This document shows, piece by piece, positions 29,702 through 40,807 of a DNA stretch of 64,000 nucleotides. This DNA is from an uncultured Chloroflexia bacterium (GTDB taxonomy: Bacteria; Chloroflexota; Limnocylindria; Limnocylindrales; CSP1-4): positions 160,001-224,000 of the forward strand of contig CAVVYR010000006.1 of NCBI GenBank assembly GCA_963752475.1, written 5' to 3'. The position numbers and the translations under genes are program-made. Numbering within the stretch: position 1 is the stretch's first letter; the number at the start of each line of letters is the position of its first letter. The notes under the pieces were generated by a model. The model had not been told where the DNA came from. It searched no databases and saw only the letters and a list, made by a program, of their open reading frames with translations.

Positions 29702-31145
29702 ATGCCGCTGGTAGCCGGGATCGATTCCTCGACGCAGGCCTGCCTGGTCGTCCTGCGCGACGCCGATGACGGACGGGTCGTGGCGTCGGCCGAGGCGCCC
29801 CACCCGCCAGCCCACCCGCCAGCCAGCGAGCAGTGGCCCGACGACTGGTGGTCGGCACTGTGCGCGGCAGCCGGTCAGCTCGACCTGCGCGACGTCGCGG
29901 CCATCAGCATCGATGGGCAGGGCCACGGTTCGGTCGTACTCGATGCCTCGGGACGGGCGGTGCGGCCGGCCAAGCTCTGGAACGATACGACCGCCAGCGC
30001 GGAGGCGCGGGAGCTCGTGGAAACGCTCGGGCCCGAGGCCTGGGCCCGCCGCACGGGTATCGTGCCGACGTCGGCCATCACGGTGGCAAAGCTGCTCTGG
30101 CTGCACCGGCATGAATCCGCGAAGTATGACCGCGTCGCCATCGTGCTCCTGCCGCCTGGCTACCTGACGTATCGACTCACGGGCAGTCTGGTGACCGACC
30201 GCAGCGAAGGCTCGGGTAGTGGCTTCATGGAGGCCGCCGCTTCAGCCTGGGACCTGGGTGTGCTCGCGCTCGTCGACCGCGACCGCGACTGGACCGCCGC
30301 CTTGCCCCGCATCGCGGGACCGACCGAGATCGTGGGAGCCATCACCCCCGAGGCCGCACGCGCGACGGGCTTTCCCGTTGGAGCCGTCGTCGGTCCCGGT
30401 GCCAACGACCAGCCCGTCAGTGCGCTGGCCATGGGTGTCACCGGCGACGAGGTCATCATGTCGCTGGGCACCTCCGGAACCGTGAGCGTCCGCACGGTCT
30501 CGCCCGTGGTCGACGCGACCGGAGCGGTCCAGTCGGTCGCGGATGCTGCCGGTTCCTATCGGCCGCTGGTTTGCACACAGAATGCGACCCGCGTCACCGA
30601 CGCGTTCGCCGCCGTTCTGGATGTCGATCTCGATACCTTGGCCGGACTCGCGTTGCTGGCCCCCGGAGAGACGGGGCGGCCGATCCTGCTGCCCTACCTC
30701 GAGGGCGAACGCACGCCGGACCGACCAACGGCCACGGGCACGCTCACCGGCCTGCGGACCGACACGACGCGTGAAGCCTTGGCTCGCGCGTCGTTCGAAG
30801 GCGTCCTCTGCGGACTCTTCTCTGGCCTCGACCGGCTCGCCGAGGTCGGCGCACCCGACGGCGGTCGGCTCGATCCTGACCGGCGGCGGGGCCAGGTCGG
30901 TGGCCTACCGCCAGCTGGCCGCCGATATGGCGGGACGACCTGTGTTCGTGGCCGATGGGGAGGAGACCTCGGCCAGTGGCGCGGCCGTGCAGGCAGCCGC
31001 GATCTTCCACGGCGTACCCATCGATGATGTCGCGGACGCGTGGGCGCCACCACAGCGAGAGGTGGCGACGCCTCGGTCCGGGCAGGCATGCGCCGAGCTC
31101 AGGGCCAGATATCGCCAGCTGTCGGAGCTGCCCGGCCTCGACTGA
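29702..31145 (+). pseudogene. xylB: Xylulokinase (FGGY family) with one frameshift at ~30872
   Basis: GIDSSTQ, GQGHG, KLWNDT, SLGTSG, PYLEGERTP; continues ILTGGGARS in another frame after one extra base. May be an assembly indel. Confidence 0.75.
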
Positions 31146-31164
31146 CCTCACCGTTCCTGGTAGC

Positions 31165-31206
31165 AGATGTTGATAAACATCTTGACGTGCCAAACATCAT
31201 ATGTTT
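31165..31206. promoter_or_regulatory. Two palindromic operator candidates flanking a TTGACG -35 box
   Basis: AGATGTT-gata-AACATCT (31165-31182), TTGACG (31182-31187), AAACAT-cat-ATGTTT (31192-31206), directly upstream of the FadR gene. Confidence 0.65.
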
Positions 31207-31217
31207 AGGTAGGTCGC

Positions 31218-31958
31218 ATGAGTGAGCTGCTCTACTACGACCTCAAGGAGGTCGCTGGGCTAGCGCGCAGCCTGTCCAGCCAGGTAGCACGTGAGATCGG
31301 CCGCCGGATCGTATCGGGCAACTACGCCCCCGGCGATCTGATCGAGGATGAAGCAGCGCTCGCCGCCCGCTACCAGGTCAGTCGCTCCGTGGTGCGCGAT
31401 GCCGTCAAGATCCTCGTCGGCAAGGGCCTGCTCGAAGTGCGACGCGGCATCGGCACACGCGTGCGGCCCCGTTCCAGCTGGGGACTGCTCGACGACGACG
31501 TCCTGGCGTGGCACCAGTCCATCCCGCCGAGCAGCTCGGACCTGCGACAGCTTCTGGAAGTACGGCAGGTCGTCGAGCCGCACGCCGCGGGCTGGGCGGC
31601 TGAGCGTGGCACCGAGGACGAGGTCGGGCTCATCCGCGCGGCCCTCGAACGCATGGAGCATGCCCAGGGCTCAGTCGAGGATTTCGTCGTGGCTGACGCC
31701 GCGTTCCACCGATCGGTGCTGCGCGCGGCCAAGAACGAGTTCCTGGGCGCCTTCGAGGGCGCCATCTTCTCAGCCCTGCTGGGCAGCATCCGCTTGACCA
31801 ACAAGTCATCGAGTGAGAACGCGGAGTCGATGCCATTCCACGTTGCGGTCTGTGAGGCCATCGAGGCCCGTGAAGCCGGCCCTGCCGGTCAGGCCATGCA
31901 GCGTCTGCTGGGTGACACGAACCGACGTTTGGGAGGACGCCTATTCGAGGAGACCTGA
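31218..31958 (+). CDS. GntR/FadR-family regulator (DgoR-like)
   Basis: wHTH VSRSVVRDAVKIL..KGLLEVRRGIGTRV, WGLLDDDVLAW, FCD domain ADAAFH. Confidence 0.9.
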   Translation: MSELLYYDLKEVAGLARSLSSQVAREIGRRIVSGNYAPGDLIEDEAALAARYQVSRSVVRDAVKILVGKGLLEVRRGIGTRVRPRSSWGLLDDDVLAWHQSIPPSSSDLRQLLEVRQVVEPHAAGWAAERGTEDEVGLIRAALERMEHAQGSVEDFVVADAAFHRSVLRAAKNEFLGAFEGAIFSALLGSIRLTNKSSSENAESMPFHVAVCEAIEAREAGPAGQAMQRLLGDTNRRLGGRLFEET

Positions 31959-32083
31959 ACTGACGCCCGGTCAAGTCGACCGGGGTCGCTCTCCGATCCC
32001 GCTGGAAAGGGAGTTTCCAAGGGACCCCGGCTGAGCCGGGGCGGAACGAGAGTAGGGCCGGACTTGAGAAGGCCCACGACGAC

Positions 32084-33181
32084 ATGGAGGAGTCGATGAA
32101 TCGCACACAACGAACCCTGGTCCGCGCCGGCGTGGGCCTCGCAACGGTAGCACTGGCAGCCTCGAGCCTCGGTTCGGCGGCTCTGGCACAGGATGACGAG
32201 AAGTACGTCGCCATGCTCCTGCCGGAGAACGTGAACCCGCGCTGGGAGAGCCAGGACGCGGCGTTCTTCGTCGAGCACATGGCCGAGTACGCACCCGACG
32301 CGGTGGTCGAGGTCTTCAACGCCAACAACGACACCGCTACCCAGCAGCAGCAGGCCGAGCAGGCCCTGACCAACGGCGCCGACGTCCTGGTGGTCATCCC
32401 TATCGACGGTGAGGCCGCGGCGATCATCGCCGACTTCGCCGAGGAAGAGGGCATCCCGGCCCTCGCGTACGACCGCATGATGCAGTCGGAGAACACCGAC
32501 TTCTGGGTCCAGGCCTCGATGTTCGAGACCGGGCGCTCCCAGGCACAGCACGTGGTCGACAACACTGCTGAGGGCGATACGCTGGTCCTGCTCAAGGGCT
32601 CGCCGACCGACCCCAACGCGGGCGTCATCTTCTCCGGCCAGATGGACGTGCTGCAGCCGCTCTTCGACAGCGGCGAGCGCGTCCTCGGCTACGAGAACTG
32701 GACCCAGGGTTGGGACCCGGCCATCGCCCGCCAGTCCATGGACCAGGCGCTGACCGACCTCGACAACGACGTCCAGGGTGTCGTCTCCTCGAACGACGGC
32801 AACGCGGCTGCCGCGATCGCCTCGCTCGACGAGCAGGGCATGGCCGGCAGCGTTCCGGTGAGCGGTCTTGACGGCACCGTCCAGGCGCTGCAGCTGATGC
32901 TGTTGGGCGAGCAGACCCAGTCGGTCTGGCGCCCATTCGACACGATGGCTGACATCACGGCCCAGGTCGTGGCCCGGCTACTCGAGGGTGAGAGCGTGGA
33001 CGACCTCGTCGACGGCACCGTCGAGAACGCTGCCGGCGCACAGATCCCCTTCGTGCCGATCCCGCACTACTCGGCCGTCGGCGAAGAGGGCGTCGCCTAC
33101 ATCATCGAGAACGATCCCTCGATCACCAAGGAAGACGTCTGCCAGGGCGAGGCCGCTGAGACCGCGTTCTGCCAGGCATAG
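32084..33181 (+). CDS. Sugar ABC transporter substrate-binding protein (XylF/ChvE-like)
   Basis: Signal peptide, RWESQD, AYDR, KGSPTDPNA, SSNDG. Confidence 0.88.
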   Translation: MEESMNRTQRTLVRAGVGLATVALAASSLGSAALAQDDEKYVAMLLPENVNPRWESQDAAFFVEHMAEYAPDAVVEVFNANNDTATQQQQAEQALTNGADVLVVIPIDGEAAAIIADFAEEEGIPALAYDRMMQSENTDFWVQASMFETGRSQAQHVVDNTAEGDTLVLLKGSPTDPNAGVIFSGQMDVLQPLFDSGERVLGYENWTQGWDPAIARQSMDQALTDLDNDVQGVVSSNDGNAAAAIASLDEQGMAGSVPVSGLDGTVQALQLMLLGEQTQSVWRPFDTMADITAQVVARLLEGESVDDLVDGTVENAAGAQIPFVPIPHYSAVGEEGVAYIIENDPSITKEDVCQGEAAETAFCQA

Positions 33182-33200
33182 GAAGGAAGCACACGCTCCG

Positions 33201-34061
33201 ATGACTGCGGAACCGCAGCACCCAGCGGGGACTCGATCCCCGCTGGGTGAGCCGCCGGCGGGGACCTCGTCCCCGCCGCGCGAACCCCACCTCAAGGTGG
33301 CCGGTGTCGTCAAGCACTTCGGTGGTGTCGAAGCGCTGGCCGGAGTCGACTTCGAGCTACGGCGCGGCGAGGTCATGGGCCTCGTGGGGGACAACGGCGC
33401 CGGCAAGTCGACGCTCATGAAGATCCTCGCGGGTGCCCACACGGCCGATGCTGGCCAGTTCTACATCGAGGGCCAGCAGGTGACCATCTCCTCGCCGCAT
33501 GAGGCTTCGGAGTTGGGCATCCAGATCGTGTACCAGGATCTGGCGCTGTGCGAGAACCTCGACGTCACCGCCAACCTCTTCCTGGGCAACGAGCCGGTCC
33601 TCAGTGGCTGGGCCAGGTTCCTGCCCGAGCGGCTTCGTCCGATCGATGGCCTCAACATGGAACTCGAGGCTCTCGCTGCCGTAGACCGCCTCGACGTGCG
33701 TACCCTCAAGTCTGTGCGCGCCAAGGTCGGCGTCCTCTCGGGAGGCCAGCGCCAGGCCGTGGCCATCGCCCGCGCCGTGGGAAGCGAGTCGTCCATCCTC
33801 CTGCTCGACGAACCGACTGCCGCCTTGGGCGTGGCCCAGACCGCGCAGGTCCTCAATGCCGTGCGGCGACTGCGCGAGAGCGACCACGCCATCGTCTATA
33901 TCTCGCACAACCTGGGCGACGTCTTCGAGATCACCGACCGCATCACGGTCCTGCGTCAGGGCACGAACGTGGGTGTCTTCGAGACAGCCCAGACCAACAA
34001 CGACGAGATCGTGGCTGCCATCACCAGCGGCCGTGAGCTGGGGAACGGCAACCGTGGCTAG
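33201..34061 (+). CDS. Sugar ABC transporter ATP-binding protein
   Basis: GDNGAGKST, LSGGQRQ, LLDEPT, ISH. Confidence 0.92.
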   Translation: MTAEPQHPAGTRSPLGEPPAGTSSPPREPHLKVAGVVKHFGGVEALAGVDFELRRGEVMGLVGDNGAGKSTLMKILAGAHTADAGQFYIEGQQVTISSPHEASELGIQIVYQDLALCENLDVTANLFLGNEPVLSGWARFLPERLRPIDGLNMELEALAAVDRLDVRTLKSVRAKVGVLSGGQRQAVAIARAVGSESSILLLDEPTAALGVAQTAQVLNAVRRLRESDHAIVYISHNLGDVFEITDRITVLRQGTNVGVFETAQTNNDEIVAAITSGRELGNGNRG

Positions 34062-35235
34062 CGCCGCGAACCGCGTACTCAGCGCGCTCGGCACCATGCG
34101 CGAGTCGCGCTTCGGCTCGTTCATCCCAGTCATGGTCGCGCTCGTGGCGATCTGGGCCTACTTCGGGCTGACCGAGCCCAACTTCCTCAGCCCGCGCAAC
34201 TTCCACTTCCTGTTCCTACAGAGCGCGGTCGTGGGCACGCTCGCGGTGGGCATCACCATCGTTCTCCTTATCGGCGACATCGACCTGTCGGCCGCCGCTA
34301 TGGCTGGTGTCTGCGCCGCGCTACTCGCGGTCCTCATCACCAATGAAGGCGTGCCCGTCCCCATCGCCATCGTTGTGGTCGTGGTAACCGGGATCCTGCT
34401 GAGCGGCGCCGAGGGTGTGATCGTGGCGTTCGTCAGGATCCCCTCGTTCGTGGTCACGCTCGCCGGGCTCCTCGTATTCCAGGGCCTGATGCTCAAGGTC
34501 CTGGGCATCCACGGGGCTCTCAACATGCGCGATCCATTCATCCGCGGTCTCACGACCACCGAGCTGCCCAACGAGGTTGGCTGGATGCTGGTGGCCCTGG
34601 GCGTGGTTGCGCTGGCTATCGTCGTCTGGCGCAACCGACGCAAGCGCGCCAGTCTGGGGCTGGAGCTCGACCCCATCTACGCGGATGCGGCCAAGGTGGT
34701 GGGCTTCGGTCTGCTCTCCGGCATCGGCGTGGCCATCCTCAACGGCTACCGCGGCGTGCCCGTCGTGGTTGTCTTGCTGCTGACCGTTACAGCGATCCTT
34801 GGCTGGATCACTACCTCGACCCGCTTCGGTCGCTCGCTCTTCGCAGTCGGTGGCAACACCGAGTCCGCTCGCCGCGTGGGTATCTCCATCACGTGGACCC
34901 GCGTCGCGGCCTTCGGCATCGTCGGCCTCATGGCGGCCTTCGCCGGGATCGTCGGCGCGTCGCGCTTCGCGTCGGTCTCGTACAACGCCTTTGCCGGCGG
35001 CCCGTTGTTGCTCAACGCCATCGGAGCGGCCGTCATCGGCGGTACCTCACTCTTCGGCGGTCGCGGCAGCGTATGGAACGCGATCCTTGGCGCGCTCGTC
35101 ATCGGCTCGGTCGGTAACGGCCTCGATCTCGGCGGTGCCACCGCGGCCGACAAGTTCATCATTTCCGGCGCGATCTTGCTGCTCGCAGTCTCGCTCGACG
35201 CCGTCTCGCGCAGGGGCGCACAACAGACCCGGTAG
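34054..35235 (+). CDS. Sugar ABC transporter permease (XylH-like)
   Basis: IDLS, IPSFVVTL, FAVGGN, AAVIGGTSLFGGRG. Confidence 0.9.
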   Translation: MASAANRVLSALGTMRESRFGSFIPVMVALVAIWAYFGLTEPNFLSPRNFHFLFLQSAVVGTLAVGITIVLLIGDIDLSAAAMAGVCAALLAVLITNEGVPVPIAIVVVVVTGILLSGAEGVIVAFVRIPSFVVTLAGLLVFQGLMLKVLGIHGALNMRDPFIRGLTTTELPNEVGWMLVALGVVALAIVVWRNRRKRASLGLELDPIYADAAKVVGFGLLSGIGVAILNGYRGVPVVVVLLLTVTAILGWITTSTRFGRSLFAVGGNTESARRVGISITWTRVAAFGIVGLMAAFAGIVGASRFASVSYNAFAGGPLLLNAIGAAVIGGTSLFGGRGSVWNAILGALVIGSVGNGLDLGGATAADKFIISGAILLLAVSLDAVSRRGAQQTR

Positions 35236-35251
35236 GGGAGGAGTATCGGAT

Positions 35252-36226
35252 ATGAGGACCTTCAGGATCGCCGCTCTGGACAAGCCCATCTCGGTCATGG
35301 GCTTGGGCACGATGATCTTCCATCCCGACACGCAGGAGCGGGACAACAGCCTGCTCGATGCCTTCGTCGAGGGCGGTGGCACCTACATCGACACCGCCGA
35401 AGTCTACGGAGCCGTGGAGGAGCATGGCTACTCCGAGATGGTCATCGGGGAGTGGCTGAGCGCCCGGCCGGGCATGCGCGAGAGGATCGTGCTCACGACC
35501 AAGGGGCTGATTCCGGGCTACTGCGCACCCATCCATCCGGGCGGCGCGAAGATCGACCCGGAGTCCATCCACAAGGCCATCGAGATCTCGCTCGGGAAGC
35601 TGCAGACCGACTACCTCGACATGTGGATGTTCCACCGCGACGACCCGAGCCATCCGGTGGGCCCGCTGGTCGACGCCCTCGACGAGGAGGTCAAGGCCGG
35701 ACGCATTCGCAGCTACGGCGGCTCCAACTGGACAACCTCCCGCATCGCCGAGGCCATCGCCTACGCCCGCGAGAACGGCAAGGCCGAGATGAGCGCGTCG
35801 AGCCCGAACTTCTCGCTGGCCCAGGCCAAGGAACCGTTCTGGCCGGACACCGTAGTGACCGATGGCGCGGATAAGCAGTGGTTCGCCGACAACCAGCTTC
35901 TGCTGGTGGCGTGGTCGGCGCTCGGACGTGGCTTCTTTGCCAAGGCCGATCCGGCTGACCAGAGTGATGCCGATCTGGTGCGCGTCTTCTACTCCGAAGA
36001 GAACTTCGCGCGCAAGGCACGGGCTGAGGAGTTCGGCGCCGCCAAGGGCATGTCCATGTTCGAGATCGCCCTGGCCTATGTCACCAGCCAGCCCTTCCCG
36101 GCAGTGGCGCTCAGCGGTCCCGAGACCGTCGAGCAGGTTGCGTCGTCCATCGCCGCCGGCGACCTTGAGCTGAGCGCCGCCGAGCGCGACTGGCTCGACC
36201 TGACGAGCGACGAGCGACCGTTCTAG
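35252..36226 (+). CDS. Aldo/keto reductase
   Basis: GLGT, IDTAEVYG, LTTKG, HRDD, GGSNW. Confidence 0.88.
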   Translation: MRTFRIAALDKPISVMGLGTMIFHPDTQERDNSLLDAFVEGGGTYIDTAEVYGAVEEHGYSEMVIGEWLSARPGMRERIVLTTKGLIPGYCAPIHPGGAKIDPESIHKAIEISLGKLQTDYLDMWMFHRDDPSHPVGPLVDALDEEVKAGRIRSYGGSNWTTSRIAEAIAYARENGKAEMSASSPNFSLAQAKEPFWPDTVVTDGADKQWFADNQLLLVAWSALGRGFFAKADPADQSDADLVRVFYSEENFARKARAEEFGAAKGMSMFEIALAYVTSQPFPAVALSGPETVEQVASSIAAGDLELSAAERDWLDLTSDERPF

Positions 36227-36254
36227 CACCCGCTGATCCTGAGGAGGACCTGAC

Positions 36255-37694
36255 ATGCCAGAAGCCATGAAGATGTACATCGGCGGCGAACTCGTCGATG
36301 CCAAGTCCGGGGCCACGCACGACGTCGTCAACCCCGGTACCGAGGAGGTCGTGGGCTCCATCGCCTGGGCGGGAGCCGCCGACGCGGAGATCGCCCTGCA
36401 GGCCGCGGACGAGGCTTTCGAGAGCTGGTCGCGCACACCGATCGCCGAGCGCACCAAGTGGATGAGCAAGCTGCGTGACGCGGTCATCGCCGACCAGGAG
36501 AAGCTGCGCGAGCTCATCAGCCTCGAGATGGGCAAGAACTGGGCCGGCACGGAGGAGGACTACGAGTCCCTGCGCAACAGCCTCCACTTCTATGCGGAGG
36601 AGATCACGCGCCATCGCCCCGAGGCGCTCGTCGATCGCGACGGGTCGCACAGCCACTGGCTGGTGAACGAGCCGGTTGGCGTGGCCGTGGCCTTCATCGC
36701 CTGGAACTTCCCTCTGCTCAACTTCGCCTTCAAGATCGGCCCGGCCATGGCGGCTGGCTGTCCGACCATCATCAAGCCCTCTGCGGCGTCCCCGCTATCG
36801 GCCTATCGCGTCGGCGAGCTGTGCGCTGACGTAGGCCTGCCGCCAGGCGCCGTCAACATCCTGTGCGGCCCGTCGGCTGAGGTCGGCGACACGCTTTCGG
36901 AGTCCACCATCCCGGCACTCATCACCATCATCGGCTCAGTGGCAACCGGTCGCCACGTGATGCGCGTGGGCGCCAGCTCCATCAAGCGGTACTCGATGGA
37001 GCTGGGCGGCAACGCCCCGGTGCTCGTCTTCGCGGACTCCGATCTCGACCTCGCGGCCGAGATCGTGGGCAACGTCAAGTTCGGCAACGCCGGCCAGATC
37101 TGCGTGACCCCGAACCGCGTCTTCGTGGAGGAGTCCGTGGCGGCGGCCTTCAAGCAGAAGCTCGTCGATCGGGCCAACTCGACCACGGTCGGGTGGGAGC
37201 TGCGTGGTGACGTGGACATGGGTCCGCTGATCGACGCGAAGGCGTGGGAGCGCGTCGACAAACTGGTGCAGGACGCCATCGCCGACGGCGCCAACCTCCT
37301 CGCGGGCGGTGGTCGCCCTGCCGGCCTCGAGAAGGGCAACTACTACTCACCCACGGTCATCGACGGCGTCACGCCCGAGATGCGCATCTACCAGGAGGAG
37401 ATCTTCGGACCGGTCGTCAGCATCATCGACTTCACCGACGAGGACGCTGTGCTCAAGGCAGCCAACGAGACCGATGCCGGGCTGACCGCCTACGTCTTCA
37501 CCCGGGATCTGGCCAAGGCCGACCGGTTGGCGGCCCATCTGCGCTTCGGTGAGGTGCAGATCAACGGTGTGAAGTACGACATCGACCTGCCACACGGCGG
37601 CATCAAGCAGTCCGGCATCAGTTGCGATTGCTCGCACCTGGCCCTGGAGGACTACTTCGCGACGAAGCGGATCTCACGCGGGCTGGTGGCATAG
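36255..37694 (+). CDS. NAD(P)-dependent aldehyde dehydrogenase (GabD-like)
   Basis: AWNFP, MELGGNAP, NAGQIC, EEIFGP. Confidence 0.88.
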   Translation: MPEAMKMYIGGELVDAKSGATHDVVNPGTEEVVGSIAWAGAADAEIALQAADEAFESWSRTPIAERTKWMSKLRDAVIADQEKLRELISLEMGKNWAGTEEDYESLRNSLHFYAEEITRHRPEALVDRDGSHSHWLVNEPVGVAVAFIAWNFPLLNFAFKIGPAMAAGCPTIIKPSAASPLSAYRVGELCADVGLPPGAVNILCGPSAEVGDTLSESTIPALITIIGSVATGRHVMRVGASSIKRYSMELGGNAPVLVFADSDLDLAAEIVGNVKFGNAGQICVTPNRVFVEESVAAAFKQKLVDRANSTTVGWELRGDVDMGPLIDAKAWERVDKLVQDAIADGANLLAGGGRPAGLEKGNYYSPTVIDGVTPEMRIYQEEIFGPVVSIIDFTDEDAVLKAANETDAGLTAYVFTRDLAKADRLAAHLRFGEVQINGVKYDIDLPHGGIKQSGISCDCSHLALEDYFATKRISRGLVA

Positions 37695-37704
37695 GACGCC
37701 ACTG

Positions 37705-38871
37705 ATGAAGATCACCGAGGTCGTCAGCCACGTCCTTCGGTACGACCTGCCGGAGGAACTCGGCTACTCGCAGCAGTACTACTCGGCGCGCACCGCGCAT
37801 CTCGTGGAGGTCCGCACCGACGAAGGGCTCGTCGGTTGGGGCGAGTCGTTCGGCCCCGGCAACGTCGCGCTGGCTAACAAGACGATCGTCGAGCGGGTCA
37901 TCCAGCCACTCATCGTGGGCCGTGATCCGCTCGACCGCGAGGTCATCTGGCACGACGTCTACAACCTGCTGCGTGATCACGGCCAGAAGGGCATGCCCAT
38001 CCAGGCGCTCTCCGGGATCGACATCGCGCTGTGGGACCTGTCTGCCCGGATCGCGGGACTGCCGCTATCGAAGATGATGGGCGGTCAGTTCCGCGAGCGG
38101 GTGCCCGTGTACGGCTACGGCATGATGCTCAAGCGCGAGGACACGGCAGCTCACGTCGCCCGCTTCCGTGACGAGGCGGCGGGTATCAAGGCTGACGGCT
38201 TCCGCGCGACCAAGATGAAGGTGGGCCTCGGTATCGCTGACGATATCCGGCTCGCCGAGGCCGTTCGACTGGGCGTCGGAGACGACTTCGACTTCATGGT
38301 CGACGCCAACCACTGCTACACCCTGGGCGATGCCATGCGCGTCGGCCATGCGCTCGATGACCTGGGTGCCTATTGGTTCGAGGAGCCGGTGGCGCCAGAG
38401 GACCAGGAGGGCTATCACGAGCTGCGTGTGGCACTCGACACCAACGTCTCGGGGGGAGAGGTCGAGTACACACGTTGGGGCTGGCGACAGCTTCTCGAAG
38501 GGCGTTGTCTCGACATCGCCCAGCCTGAGGTCTGCGCCCTCGGTGGCATCAGCGAGTTCCTCAAGGTGCTCTCGATGGCACACACGCACCTGACGCCGGT
38601 CGTGCCCCATGTGTGGGGCTCTGCCGTGGCCATCGCCGTCAATCTCCATCTGCTTGCGGCCATGCCGCCGGTCCCCGGGGGCATGTACCCACGCGAGCCG
38701 ATGCTCGAGTTCGACACCACCCACAACCTGTTCCGCGACGAGTTGCTGCAGGAGCCGCTCGACATCCAGGGACAAGTCAAGCGGAACGGTGGCTACGCCT
38801 CGATCCCGACCGGCCCGGGCCTGGGCGTCGTGCCCGACCGCGAATTCATCGCACACTACGAGGTGACGTGA
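37705..38871 (+). CDS. Mandelate racemase/enolase-superfamily sugar-acid dehydratase
   Basis: VGWGE, DIALWD, KMKVG, MVDANH, WFEEP, GPGLG. Confidence 0.87.
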   Translation: MKITEVVSHVLRYDLPEELGYSQQYYSARTAHLVEVRTDEGLVGWGESFGPGNVALANKTIVERVIQPLIVGRDPLDREVIWHDVYNLLRDHGQKGMPIQALSGIDIALWDLSARIAGLPLSKMMGGQFRERVPVYGYGMMLKREDTAAHVARFRDEAAGIKADGFRATKMKVGLGIADDIRLAEAVRLGVGDDFDFMVDANHCYTLGDAMRVGHALDDLGAYWFEEPVAPEDQEGYHELRVALDTNVSGGEVEYTRWGWRQLLEGRCLDIAQPEVCALGGISEFLKVLSMAHTHLTPVVPHVWGSAVAIAVNLHLLAAMPPVPGGMYPREPMLEFDTTHNLFRDELLQEPLDIQGQVKRNGGYASIPTGPGLGVVPDREFIAHYEVT

Positions 38872-38938
38872 CCTCACCGCCACACGCACCGATCAAAGGG
38901 GCGGCTGTCGGATCGACCCCTGACCACAGGAGGACCCC

Positions 38939-39988
38939 ATGAGCCCTGCAGATCAGGAGCGCCCGCTCGTCGTCACGCTCGGCGAGATCATGATGCGGCT
39001 CAAGTCGCCCGGTCATGAGCGCCTGTTCCAGTCGGGTGCGCTGGAGGCGACGTTCGCCGGAGGCGAGGCCAACGTGGCCGTGTCGGTGGCCAACTACGGC
39101 CTGAGGGCGCGCTACGTCACGGCTCTGCCGGCCAACCCCCTCGGTGATGCGGCGGTGCGCGCGCTGCGCACGATGGAGGTCGAGACCGACCACATCATCC
39201 GTCGCGAGGGGCGCCTGGGCATCTACTTCGTCGAGGCCGGCGCCTCGCAGCGGGCCTCCACCGTGGTCTACGACCGGACGGGTGCGGCCATCGCGCAGGC
39301 CGAGCCCCAGGAGTTCGACTGGCAGGCCATCTTCAGCGGTGCTCGCTGGTTCCACATCTCGGGCATCACGCCGGCGCTCTCGGAGACCGCTGCGGCGCTG
39401 ACCGAGGCGGCGCTCAAGGCGGCCAAGGCGGCCGGGGCCACGACCTCGATCGACCTCAACTACCGGGCCAAGCTGTGGAACTACGGCAAGTCGGCACCGG
39501 AGGTCATGCGACCGCTGATGGATCACGTCGATGTGGCCATCGGCAACGAGGAGGATGCCCAGCAAGCGCTGGGGCTGGCGGCGACAGCAGACGTGACCTC
39601 GGGCGAGCTCGATCACTCCGTCTATGAGGCTTTGACGCAGCGCGTCATCGATGAGTTCCCGAACCTCTCGGCCGTGGCCATCACGTTGCGTGAGAGCCGC
39701 AGCGCCGACATCAACGGCTGGTCGGCCTGCCTGCGCGACGCCGACGGCTTCTATCTGAGCCGGCACTACGATATCCACGACATCGTCGATCGAGTGGGCG
39801 GCGGCGACTCCTTCGCCGGCGGGCTCATCTTCGGGCTCGTCGACGGACGCTCGGCGCAGGACGCGCTCGAGTTCGCCGTGGCCGCCAGCTGCCTCAAGCA
39901 TTCGATCCCGGGTGACTTCAACCGGGTCAGCATCACCGAGGTCGAGAAGCTCGCCGGCGGCGACGCCTCCGGCCGTGTCAGCCGCTAG
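38939..39988 (+). CDS. kdgK: PfkB-family 2-keto-3-deoxy sugar-acid kinase
   Basis: [35 protein letters not shown]. Confidence 0.8.
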   Translation: MSPADQERPLVVTLGEIMMRLKSPGHERLFQSGALEATFAGGEANVAVSVANYGLRARYVTALPANPLGDAAVRALRTMEVETDHIIRREGRLGIYFVEAGASQRASTVVYDRTGAAIAQAEPQEFDWQAIFSGARWFHISGITPALSETAAALTEAALKAAKAAGATTSIDLNYRAKLWNYGKSAPEVMRPLMDHVDVAIGNEEDAQQALGLAATADVTSGELDHSVYEALTQRVIDEFPNLSAVAITLRESRSADINGWSACLRDADGFYLSRHYDIHDIVDRVGGGDSFAGGLIFGLVDGRSAQDALEFAVAASCLKHSIPGDFNRVSITEVEKLAGGDASGRVSR

Positions 39989-40001
39989 AACGGAGTCCCT
40001 G

Positions 40002-40634
40002 ATGACCGACCGACCACCGATCCCTGACCTGCTGCGCGAGTCGAAGGTCATCGCCATCGGGCGCAACGTGCCGCCCGCGCGGGCGGCGAGCATCGGCGAG
40101 GCCTTCGCCGCGGGGGGCGTGCGCGTGATGGAGCTCACGCTGAACGAACCGGAGGACGAAGCCCTGCGGTCGATCGCCGCACTGGCCGCCGTGGCCGATG
40201 ATCTGGGGGCACTCGTCGGTGCGGGGACCGTGCTCTCGATCGGGGCGGCCAGGCGGGCCGTCGATGCCGGTGCCCGCTTCATCGTGTCGCCGCACACCGA
40301 CGCGGAGCTCATCTCCTGGTGTGCCCTCGGCGGCGTGCCCTGCTACCCCGGTGCCCTCTCACCGACGGAGATCCACACCGCCTGGTCGGCCGGTGCCAGC
40401 GCCGTCAAGCTGTTCCCCGCCGCGGCCGTCGGGACGGGATACCTCAAGCAGATCGCGGGACCGTTCCCCGACATCCCGTTCGTGCCCACCGGTGGTGTCT
40501 CGGCCGAGACCGCCGGTGACTGGATCGCGGCCGGCGCGGTGGCCGTGGGCATGGGCGGCTGGCTCATCGGCGACGGCGAGCCGGCCGGCATCACCGAGCG
40601 CTCGAAGCAGGTCGCGGCCGCCGTTTCGGGCTGA
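40002..40634 (+). CDS. eda: KDPG/KDPGal aldolase
   Basis: VGAGTV, FIVSP, PTEI, VKLFPA, PTGGV. Confidence 0.85.
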   Translation: MTDRPPIPDLLRESKVIAIGRNVPPARAASIGEAFAAGGVRVMELTLNEPEDEALRSIAALAAVADDLGALVGAGTVLSIGAARRAVDAGARFIVSPHTDAELISWCALGGVPCYPGALSPTEIHTAWSAGASAVKLFPAAAVGTGYLKQIAGPFPDIPFVPTGGVSAETAGDWIAAGAVAVGMGGWLIGDGEPAGITERSKQVAAAVSG

Positions 40635-40807
40635 CCCGAGGGGGAAAGTGGCGCCCTCGGACATGACGGTGAACATGACCGAAGGCACCGCCCAAACGGT
40701 AGAGCCGAGTCCACGCCGCGGCAACGACTTTCGCAACGCGAGCCGTGAAATGTCGCCCAGCCGCAAACGAGCTTCGAGATGGTCCGGCCGGGTGGTGTTG
40801 AGAGGTC

